Shown: positions 12,116-22,951 of the stretch, one piece after another | Position numbering within the stretch: position 1 is the stretch's first letter | Layout of the letters: each line of letters begins with the position of its first letter | Assembly: GCF_009914755.1 (NCBI RefSeq) | Contig: NC_060929.1 | Reading direction: 5' to 3' (one strand) | Length of the DNA stretch: 64,000 nucleotides | From: the human T2T-CHM13v2.0 reference genome, Homo sapiens | Made by a program: the position numbers and the translations under genes | The notes under the pieces: generated by a model | Database searches by the model: none | What the model saw: the letters and a program-made list of their open reading frames with translations, nothing else | What the model was told of the DNA's origin: nothing

Positions 12116-15100
12116 TTGATTATTCCATGTTCAAGGAGAGCTGGCATATAATTGGAGAGCTAAGAACCGTCAATATCTCAACATCTAAAAAAATAAAAAT
12201 TGTAATTGTATTTAAAATGTTAGGAAACATAGTTAGAAATTTAGGGTTTTAAGCAGATATAAAGATCTTTTAATCATGCTACCACCTAATTACAATATTA
12301 GATAAAGAAGAACAATTAAGCCTAGTCTATATGTTAGAGAAATATAGTAATTTTTTCTGGAATGATTTATTATGTGCAGACTTTGGGTTATTGGAATAGA
12401 TCATTGACCATATATGTTTTAAAGTACTTAAAAATATTTTATAAATAAAGTTATTTTTATACAGAACAGAAATAGTTGATATTGAATCAGAAATACTGTA
12501 TTAGCATAAGTCATATGTTTAAGGAAATATATTCCTAAACAATAGGAAGAAACACAGGCAACACTGATGTAAAAAAGATTTACAGACATGAGCTGCATGC
12601 ACTTGGTTTATGGACTAGAATTCTATGCCTTCTAGAAGCAGAAAATATGCAACGACTCATTCTGCCTTATGGCCATTTCAGAGCTTTTAATCTAATAAAA
12701 CCTATATGTCAGCCAGTAGCATGTCAGGGTCTTATTACTCTGCTTCCTTAGAGTCTGATATGGGAGGTTAAGTCCCTGCACATATGTACCCCTTGGGGTT
12801 CCCTGAGGTGGAGCCGTGCAGGTTTGCTTCTTTGCTTACTGATATATATAAAAAAGATAACATTAAATATTCTATTCCTGTTTCACTTATGCGTTCACTA
12901 AGAATGATGAAAGTGGGAACTGTGTGGCATGGCCTAGGAATTGTGCATGAGCACACTCTATTTTACATGTCTCATCAGAAGTCAGTTTCTAACCTTCTTC
13001 TGTCTGTAGACAAGCATATCACCTAAGCTTTCTCAGAGATTAAAGGTATACCACCTAGCTTAAATGGCCCTACTAATGAAAGAGAGGTACACTTAAATTG
13101 CATCTTAATGAGAAAAAATATGAAAAGGAGAATTAATAGAGATTTCTCAAATAAAATCTAATGAGCATAATTTTTATTATTGAACAATGTTTGCCTATAA
13201 AGTCTTACTCAACTTGATGAAAAAATGCTAAGATACATGTTAAGGAGTCCTCATTTTAATACTTTATAAAATTGTATATACATATACTTAAGAAAGAAAA
13301 ATAATGGCATATTTGCTGTCTTTAAATCATTGAGAAAAAAATAAAAGACTACATGTGTCATTTAATTTAGCTAAAGAAGGAAGGTGACTGAAAAATACAG
13401 TTTTTACATAAGATACTAAGTAGCTGGCTGGGTTTTGCTAATGTTCCCAAATTTGAAATCATTTTAAAAAGAACACTCCAATGAGCACCAGAGAACTGAG
13501 ATGTTTTAAAATAAAATTATAACTGCACTTAATCTCACATTGTCTCCTTAGCCTTTTGACATTTTAATTGCTGTGCCATTTTTCACTGAGATGGCAAGCA
13601 TTTTTTACATATGCATAATGTAGCCTGTGTTAATGCATATTGATTAAAGTAGACAGTGATGCGAGGATGTTGGAATTTTACCCACTGTGACCCTATTGAA
13701 TGTTTCTCTCTGCTCTTTTTGTTTTCTTTATAACCAGAGGGGGAAGAAAAGCATGTATTTTCCAACAAGTCTCTATGCTATCTGAACTCTAGTATTAACA
13801 GGTGAAAAGTGACATGTTTAACAAAAGAAAGACTAGAAAGCATCTACATCACAAACTTGTAAGTCTTTCATTTCTGCATTGGAGACACTATAGGAAAATC
13901 AATAACTTCCTTTGAGTCTAGTGATCTAGCTGCTTACAAGAAATTTACATCTCCCTGACAGGCAGTTTGTAAGGTCTGGTTCACCTGGGTCACAGGAGTA
14001 CACATAATTTGCATCTTGAGCAATTTCTCTCTTTCCTTCTACCTGTTCCATGAGGAAAGAAGATTGAACCTGGTCATAAAGAGAATCTCATTACGTCTCA
14101 GCTGAGAAGAGTAATTTTGTAGGTGTTCTTGGATTGCAAGAGTATCATATAATGATAATATTTTCTCATAGCTCTTCAGACCTATGCACACACCAGGAAA
14201 TGAAAGTAACATACACCCAGGCACATTTGAAGCTTCTGAGCTGTCATTCACCAAATGAAATTTAAGTGTTCCATCAAAGTCATTTGCAAATATGACCTCA
14301 AGATGGATATCCAGATTCTTTGCTAACAAAAATATACAAGAAGATAGACATTTAGCTTACCTCTCATAAAATCTGAAAAAAAAATTCCCCTTCTATTTTA
14401 TTTTGCCCTTCAAAATACACAAGATCTGAATGTCAAATAAATGTTTATATTATGATATGCTAATAATGCCTGGCATATATTTTCCTAGTTAGTTCTGTAA
14501 GCTCAGTTAAAAACAAATAAAAACCAAGGAGGCAATGCTGAAAACTTTTTGAATCAAAAATAGAATGCAATAGCATTTAATTATAATTAAGTCTTTAATA
14601 TGCTTATTTAAATCTCACATACTTTTAAGCATGGGTCTATTTGCAAATTCATCTAAATAAATATTTGGCACGAAGTCTAAATCCACTTTATTCCAATGTT
14701 TTTTTTTCCGGGATAAAGATTATAATGAGATTCAAATGTAATAATTTTCATCCTGTATTCATGAAAATAATTGTCTAGGTGTAAATGAACGTATTATTAC
14801 AATTCACTATGTGTACTCATACCTAGTCGTGAGGTCCTCATATATAAAATAGAGGGAGAGTACAACTTTAAAGTGTTTTATATATCCATTTCATATTTTT
14901 TCTCTTTGCAATTTGGGATGAATCTCCTTAGACAAATGGTTATGTTATTAACGCACCAACATTAACCTAGAAAAGGCTACTTAGTACTACTTAACTTGAA
15001 TACTAATCACCCTGGCCTCAGTAGCCCACCATATCTTGCAAAGTATTCTGAAATAGTATTGGTGATAAACACCATTTGGAAAGGAAAAATGGCTGTATCT

Positions 15101-15147
15101 GTGTTTTTACATGCACACTCCCCTCATTATTTTTGCATATGATAAAA

Positions 15148-15272
15148 TAGATAATATTTACTGAGCACTTATCACAAGTCAGTTGTCTTGTTAAGTGATG
15201 CAGAAGCATTTTCTATTAGTCCCCAGAAAACCACTGGGAGGTTGGTACAACACAGCTCCATTTTATCGAAGG
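15148..15272 (-). mobile_element. MIR fragment
   Basis: taatatttactgagcactta...ccattttat. Confidence 0.5.
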
Positions 15273-16695
15273 ATCCATTCATGAAGACCTTGTACTCACA
15301 AAATGAAAGATTAATTTCCCGCAGGAGCAAATAAAAAGCTGAATGGGGGTGTTCTTTAGAAATATCACGGTGGTAATTCAGCTTGATTTAGAATGAATTT
15401 CTAAACCTATCTCTGCTGCACTGTATTTGGTGGCTTGCTTCCCAATATTAGCCGTGTACACCTTACTTTTATATCATTATGACAGAATACACTTTTTCTT
15501 TGCATGATGACAATACATGTTTAAATAAAAGTCTATGCATCAGCAAAAGCACTCACAGGTGTTCTGATCCACTTGAACACCTGCTTGATTTACAATATGT
15601 TGACAAATTAGCTCAGGTCATCATTTATATTATCTAATGTACTAGTGCTACATACAAATAATAAAAACAAGAATTATAATGGTGTCCCTTCAGCTTTGAA
15701 ATTCTGTGACTCTTCATAATAGCTTTGCATTATTTTAAAATTAGCATATAAAATAAAACTTCATTATTTAAAAATTTGAGCACAGTTAAATTGTTGGCAT
15801 CGGTTCCTCTATGTTTTTGAATATACAGGTTCCTGAAAAGGTCCATAGTTTTAGCAGAGCAGACTTTACAGCAGTGGTGAATTTTGAGGGAGAAAACAGA
15901 TGAGGACTGTCAATGTGCAAAACAAAGACCTAGTAAAAAATCAGCAGAAGAGAAAGAAACTATCAATGCACACCACTCAACAGCAAGGACAAAAGAGAGA
16001 CAGGACAAGAGAGGATCTGTTGACAATGGTACACAAAGAAGGAAATAGAAAGAAAATACTGATTTTCAACTCTGGTTTAATATGGTGACTTCTTATCCAA
16101 CTGCCTTAATGTTGAAAATGAATAGTTTTCTCCAAATTTCTTAAGATCATGAGGATATGCCTACACATTTTCATTAGAAAATGGTGCATGGGTAAAATTT
16201 TCTTTAATGTTTTGTAGTGTGGTAGCATGTTTTTCTGCCAGGTATATTAATAAAACCATATTATATTGCGTCTTTTCTGATCTATAATTATAGCTTACAT
16301 GGTTCAGATGAATTTCCTCTCTGGCAGCTCTCTGACTTAATCGCTGCTGGTAAACACTATCACTCATTTTTTACCCACCAAATAAAATTTTTCATCTTGA
16401 CGCATTTTGTCTGCATTGCACATATTTAAATACTCAACAACTACCACAGCAAAAACTCACTTCGGTGTTTACCTTGTAGACAAATGGCTTATCTATTTAG
16501 CTTAAATTCATAAACTTTGTTACAGCGTTATCAACTGGATGAGTTTAAATATACTGGAATCAGGTTTACCATGACATAATTTAGATAGTTTAATAGTTCA
16601 TTAACAAGATATTAACAAGATCAAAATTATTACTCCTTACTGAAAAAGGCAGCTCTATATACAAGGACATAGTCAAGACAGTAGCAAAAAGGGTC

Positions 16696-16742
16696 TGTGT
16701 GTGTGCGCGCGTGCATGTACATGTGTGTGCCTGCGTGTGTAT
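16696..16742. repeat. (TG)/(CG) alternating tract
   Basis: tgtgtgtgtgcgcgcgtgcatgtacatgtgtgtgc... Confidence 0.8.
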
Positions 16743-17322
16743 GATTCTTTAAGGTAATGTTAGAGACAACAAACGGTAATAGACGGAGTAAAAATAAAAT
16801 ATGTACCAGGCCAATGAAAGTTAGAAAAACTTCACCTATCTATTGCAATATACGTTGCTCTTCTGTTCTGGCTCAAACAGGTATGTGTTCCAGAAAGTTG
16901 CAAAACTCCTCAAAGACTCTTCAGTTCAATAGGGTATCCATCATCGGACCCATACAGTTGAGACTGAAAATAGATTCAGTCTGGCAGAAAAATGTCCACA
17001 GAAGGCTTTTCTCTTTTTTTTTTCTTTTTAGAGAAAAACAAGATAAAGCAAAACAAAATAAATTATTAACATGCTGCTTTGGATATGTTAGATGTGTTTC
17101 CCAAGGGACACTGTGGTATCTTCGTGGCTGGATATTTTCAGAACATCTCAGTGTATTTTCTTATTTACTGCCCTTGGTTCTCCTAGACTTTTGAACATTG
17201 AGTAGTCACATGAACGTTGTTTAGCAAAAGGAGGTGAACCAAGTAAATCATTCTCTGAGATAAAGAAGTCCATGGGAATTGGCCTTACCTCACAGAAACA
17301 AACCAAAATGAATTGTAATATT

Positions 17323-17700
17323 AATCTTAGTGCATTCAGGCTGCTATAACTAAAATAGCATATACTGGATAGCTTATAAACAACATAAATTTATATTTAA
17401 CAGTTCTAGAGGCTGGGTAGTTTAAGATCAGGGTGCTGGCTGATTTAGTGTCCGGTGAGGGCCCCTTTCCTGCTTCGTAGGTCACACCTTTTGGCTGTGT
17501 CCTGTGTTCTCACATGGTGAAAGGGACCAAGGAGCTCAACTCCCTTGGGCCTATATTATAAGGGCACTAATCCTATTTATGAATGCTCCACCCTCATGAC
17601 TAATCAGCTCCTAAAAGACCCTACCTCCAAATACCATCACCACAGGGGTTAGTTTTCAACATACAAGTTTGGGGGAAAAGCAAACATTTAGATCATGGCA
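17323..17700 (-). mobile_element. MLT1A/MLT1A0-like MaLR solo LTR
   Basis: tcttagtgcattcaggctgctataac...aagggcactaatcc...ctccaccctcatgac...aaacatttagatcatggca. 5-bp TSD atatt at 17318-17322 and 17701-17705. Confidence 0.85.
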
Positions 17701-18207
17701 ATATTCAATATCAGAAGCAGAAGATGATTCATGCTAGAGGGTCCTCGACAACTGTGTTTGGGAAAGTCATGCATGGCTCTGCACGGAGTCTCTGCCTGGC
17801 CCTCATTTAACACTCATGACCCTTGGAATGCACACGCTCTGTGACCTTGCCCAAATCCTGAAGCTTTCATTCCATAATTTAAGGGGAAGATATAAAAGTG
17901 TATAGAATTCAGCTGTCATAGAAGCTTCACTATTCTCATCCTCTCTCTTCTCATTTCTTATATCTTAACTATGATTGCTAACCCCAGTGAGCTCTTTGTC
18001 AACACTATGTTATGGAGTTCCCCTAAACCTTTTTGTTTCACCTCTCCTCTTCGGTCCTGTGTTCTGAAAATTAAAGATAAAAATTTTAGATGATTTAAGA
18101 ATCCTTATGAAAAAATGAGCTAACTCTGGAAATTTAAAATACTAAAACACTTAAAAGAGAATATCATATTGCAAGAATAATCAGAAACAACCTAAAGAAA
18201 AATATCT

Positions 18208-18326
18208 GGCTGGGCATGTTAGCTCACACCTGTAATCCCAGCACTTTGGAGGCTGTAATGGGAGGATCACTCAAGCTCAGGAGTTCGAGACCTGCTTGGA
18301 CAACATAGCAAGACCCTGTCTGTATC

Positions 18327-18359
<33 letters not shown>

Positions 18360-18565
18360 TGCCAGACATGGTTGCACGTGCATGTAAGAGGCGGAGGTGG
18401 GAAGACTGGATGAGCTCAGGAGTTCAAGATTGCAGCGAGCTATAATTGTGCCATTGAATTCCAGCCTGGATGACAGAACGAGAACCTCTCAAAAGGAAGG
18501 AAGGAAAGAAGGAAAAAAGATGGGGAAGGAAGAAGAGAGAGAGGGAGGGGGGAAAAGAAAAAAAT
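18208..18565 (+). mobile_element. Old Alu (AluJ) with (AAT)n linker expansion and GA-rich tail
   Basis: AluJ-type gggaggatcactcaagctcaggagttcgagacc...caacatagcaagaccc; (aat)n at ~18327-18357; purine-rich tail at ~18491-18565. Confidence 0.9.
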
Positions 18566-18788
18566 CCAAACACCTCAAGTGTGGTTAACTGCAGTTGGGA
18601 ATTCACTTTATATTTGAGCTTTCTGAAATCTGAGATACTAGAGAAATATATATTTAAAAAATAACATGCATAATAACTTTATTACATTTATTTGTAAAGA
18701 CTCATATGTTTATTATAGAATGGGGGATTAATCTTTCATTAAACTGGTCTTGTCGAAGTCACTACAACATTCAGTTCCCAGCAATGTC

Positions 18789-19425
18789 TGTATAATGACT
18801 TCTTATCAGTTTATGTTGCTTCAGCATCCATTTTGAATACTAGTATTGCTTTCTCATACTAGAAGCAGGGCTCAGTCACCCTTTACACAGTTTTTCATCC
18901 TACAGCATACCCAAAGGGCTGAAACTGGTGGTCATATATAAAAATTTAGAGGCATCTCTTCTGCCTAGCAGACTGAACACTGCTTTCTTGCCCCTTTCTT
19001 TAAAGGGACCATTCAGTCATTTGCTCTGAACTTTGAAGGCCCACACCCTAATCTTTATACAGTGTGCTAGTTGCCACCCGTTTCTCTCTCTTTGTCTGAC
19101 TCTTCATTTCTGCCTGCCATGACTCCAGGATAAAGAACTGCCCTCCAGACTCATTATACCCTCCCACACACCCTTACTTGGATCCTGGAGTCTGCAAGGA
19201 AAAGTCCTTGAACTTGTTCCTTATTTTGGTGTTACATTAAATTTGCACTTTCCATCTGAAGAATCAGGAGCTGCCTCAGGTTGGGTTTTCCCTGGAACAC
19301 TGGGGAGAATAAAAGGTCAAGCTCCCAATGCCAAAGTGTTGACCAGGCAGGCATAAACCAGACACAGGTCAGACAAGAATCACAGGTGGCTTGCCAGTGT
19401 AAGTTTTCCCTGGTCGCAGGTATGA
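18789..19425 (+). mobile_element. ERVL-class LTR of the MER73/MER54/MER74 group
   Basis: Starts tgtataatgac...gcatccattttgaata...gaagcagggctcagtcaccc and ends with ggcataaaccagacacaggtcagacaag...tgccagtgtaagtttt. Family assigned from memory. Confidence 0.6.
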
Positions 19426-19692
19426 TGTGTTTATTTTTAAAAATAACATCATGCATATATTAAGTTTATTTGTAATAAACTTACAAATAAAGTTTGTATA
19501 CACCCACATCCAACTCCTCATCATTTGCCCTTAGTGCAGGTTTGTCAGCTGCTCTAGTACTGGACCCATAATTTAGCTGGGGCTCCGACATCATGGAATA
19601 TTTTATTTTCCCTTACCTAGCTCTCAATACACCCTATAATGCAGGCTATTCCTCCGCAGTCTCTTTTGTTGGTTCTTCCTCTTCCCTCTGAC

Positions 19693-19972
19693 TTTTTTTT
19701 TTTTTTGAGACAGAGTCTCGCTCTTTCGCCCAGGCAGGACTGCAGTGGCGCGATCTCTGCTCACTGCAAGCTCCGCCTCCCGGGTTCATGCCATTCTCCT
19801 GCCTCAGCCTCCTGAGTAGCTGGGACTACAGGCGCCCCCCACCGCTCCCGGCTAATTTTTTGTATTTTTAGTAGAGACGGGGTTTCACCATCTCCATCTC
19901 CTGACCTCGTGATCCGCCCACCTCGGCCTCTCGAAGTGCTGGGATTACAGGCGTGAGCCACCGCGCCCGGCC
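19693..19972 (-). mobile_element. AluY-type element with ~15-bp left-arm deletion
   Basis: AluY diagnostics gcaagctccgcc, gccattctcc and ctgggactacaggcgccc. TSD ccctctgac/ccccctgac. ggtttcaccatctccatctcctgacc lacks the tgttagccaggatgg block. Confidence 0.95.
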
Positions 19973-20892
19973 CCCCCTGACGTTTTAATGTTGCATCTCA
20001 AGGTTCAGTCTTCGGCCCTCGTTTATCCTGTTTATATACATTTGGTTGGACTTCTCGTCCAATGTCAGGACTTTCGATATCCTCAATATGATGACAACTT
20101 CCAAATACATATTTCCAGCCCAGACTCCCTCCATTCCTGTATATTGCATGGACATAACACAAAGAATCATGTATCAATATTTACCACTTGGATGTCTAAA
20201 ATGCATCTCAAACTTGGCATGCACAAAACTGCACCTTCAATCCATGAACTCACACACACCCATCTATTTGTAGTCTTACCCACTTCAGTTGACATTCACA
20301 ACCATTCAGACCAAAATTTTTTAAGTTGTTCTTGAATTTTCTTTTTATTTTACATGCTACACCCATGCCATGGGTAGAATACTGCCCCAAATATTCATAA
20401 TTTGAACATTTCCACCATCTTTGTTAGAATTATCCTGACATGAGACACCATTGTCTCTTGCCTGAAGTATTGCCATTTGTAACAACACCCAGGATCACAC
20501 TGTCAATGAGATTCCCAAGAATTAGAAATTTGATCCAGTACTGAGCTTATTAATAATTTCAAGGGTACATATAAATGCATAATACAGGTGAAGCAGGAAG
20601 AATTCCATGACAACCAGTATGACTCCCTAGGTCATTTTTTCATCTCACCGTTATGTCTTTCAAGTAATAGATGAGACTTCTAATAAAGTACATGGTCACC
20701 TCACTTACAAAGAAAAAGCCATTTAGATTATAGAACATCACAATTTCATACTCATATAGTTACATAATTCACATTATGTTAATCAGGAAGTATGTCCCAT
20801 GAATCTGTAGATTCCAGGTTTATTTACCAGAAGCAATTACAGAAGAAGCAAGTACATCCTGCCCAAAACTTTTCATAGTAATCTCCTCCTAG

Positions 20893-21669
20893 TGTTACCA
20901 GGGGTCCTTGCTCCCAGAGCTCCCAAGATGGTGGTGGGCCACTTCCAAAATGGCGGCAGGCCACTTCCAAGATGGTGGCAAGCCTCATGTTCTCTGACTT
21001 GGGGTTCTTGGCCTCAAGATTCCAAGGAATGGAATCTTGGGCCATGCAGTGAGTGTTATAGCTCTATTAGAAGTCGTGGGTCACAGAAGAGAACTGTGGA
21101 ACCCAGTGACTAGTGTTCAGCTCAATTAGGACGAACCCAAGCACTTAGCTGTGCAGGAACAATGGCAAGACTTTAACCCGATGGGGAGCGACAGTGGGCG
21201 CCTCGCTGAATCAGGAGCACAGCAGGCACCCTGCTGGATCCTGAGGGATGGAAGTCAGCGGAGGGTCCCTAACGGCGGCAAAACAGCAGTGGTGGACAGC
21301 GAGTGAAAGCTCAGCTCAAGCCGTAACAAACACGGACCAGAAGAGTGCAGTTGCAAGATTTAATAGAGTGAAATAGAGTGAAAACAGAGCTCCTATACAA
21401 GGAGGGGACCCCAAGGGGGTTGCCTTTGCCTGCTCAAATGCCTGGGTTTATATCCCGATCCTTGTCCCTCCCACTGTGCTCTCAGGCAATAGATGATTGG
21501 CTATTTCTTTACCTCCTGTTTTTGCCAAATTAGCATTTAGTGAGCTCTCTGATTGGACAGCTGTGAGCTCAGTTGCAAGCCCCGTGTTTAAAGGTGGATG
21601 TGGTCACCTTCCCAGCTAGGCTTAGGGATTCTTAGTCAGCCTAGGAAATCCAGCTAGTCTTGTCTCTCA
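20893..21669 (-). mobile_element. HERV-W LTR17 solo LTR, full length (777 bp)
   Basis: The reverse strand starts TGAGAGACAAGACTAGCTGGATTTCCTAGGCTGACTAAGAATCCCTAAGCCTAGCTGGGAAGGTGACC and ends GGTAACA. Perfect 4-bp TSD ctag (20889-20892, 21670-21673). Minus-strand GATATAAA at 21447-21454 and ATTAAA at 21359-21364. Confidence 0.95.
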
Positions 21670-22265
21670 CTAGCACAAACCATGTAGTTTAATTGCCAGG
21701 AGGTCTGTCATTAAACATGACAATGTTTAATAGGAGATTAGACTTCTCACTGAATGTGTTTGTTTCCCAGGAGCACTGCCTTGCGAAAGGGAATTAATTC
21801 ATCATTTCATCGCAGACCTGCTGTGTAAACATTTTCATCTCACCGCATAACAATGTCTCTGCTTTCACTTTGGCCCCGACATTCTATTCTGAACACAGCA
21901 GCCAAAGGGGCTGGTTAAAATGTTGGTCTGATCATGTCATTCCTTTGCTCATCACCGTGCAACTAATCCACATTTCATTCAGGCTAAGAGTCAAACTCCT
22001 GACAATGGCCCCGAAAGCCCCACGTGATCAGTTCTTGTTACTTCTCTGAGTTCATCCTCTGTTAATCTCCCTTCACTTTCTCCATGACAGGCACACTAGC
22101 CTCGTAGATGTTCTGTGGATTTGTTAGGTGTGTTCCTGCTGTGCTTTTCATAGATACACACAGTGACAATTCCTTTACCTCTTCTAAATCTTTTCTGAAC
22201 TCTTACTTTTTCAATGGGTGAATGTTTGATGACCCTATTTAAAATTGCAAATATCCAGCCTCCCA

Positions 22266-22271
22266 ACACAC

Positions 22272-22307
<36 letters not shown>

Positions 22308-22340
22308 GCACACACACACACACGCACACACACACACACA
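22266..22340. repeat. (CA)n / (CACATA)n microsatellite
   Basis: Directly visible. Confidence 0.95.
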
Positions 22341-22389
22341 TTCCAAGCATTTGTGGTCAACACTCTGTGTTTCACTTGTTTTTTCCTTA

Positions 22390-22951
22390 TGTCAGAGGCC
22401 TTTGAACCACAGCAACTCCATCTTGAGTAGGGGCTGGGTAAAATAAGGCCGAGACCTACTGGGCTGCATCCCCAGATAGTTAGGCATTCTAAGTCACAGG
22501 ATGAGATAGGAGGTCAGCACAAGATACAGGTCATAAAGACCTTGCTGATAAAACAGACTGCAGTAAAGAAGTCAGCCAAAACCCACCAAAACCAAGATGG
22601 CGAGGAGAGTGACCTCTGGTTGTCCTCACTGCTACACTTCCACCAGCACCAGGACAGTTTACAAATGCCATGGCAAGATCAGGAAGTTACCCTATATGGT
22701 CTGTAAAGGGGAGGCATGAATAATCTGAATAATCTACCCCTTGTTTAGTATATAATCAAGAAAATAATATAAAAACAAGCAACCATCAGCCCTCAGGGCT
22801 GCTCTACTTATGGAGTAGCCATTCTTTTATTCCTTTACTTTCTTAGTAAACTTGCTTTCACTTTACTCTGTGGACTCACCACGAATTCTTTCTTGTGTGA
22901 AATCCAAGAACCCTCTGTTGGGGTCTGGATCAGGGCCCCTTTTCAGTAACA
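22390..22951 (+). mobile_element. MER41A solo LTR (ERV1)
   Basis: tgtcagaggcctttgaaccacagcaactccatcttgagtaggggctggg...ggggtctggatcaggg...gtaaca. Perfect 4-bp TSD ctta (22386-22389, 22952-22955). Lacks the MER41B GAS-containing block. Confidence 0.92.

Noticed and set aside
16757-17194. Longest ORF (145 aa, +)
   Set aside because: No recognisable domain, it runs through low-complexity T/A tracts, and an ORF of this length is plausible by chance in 64 kb.
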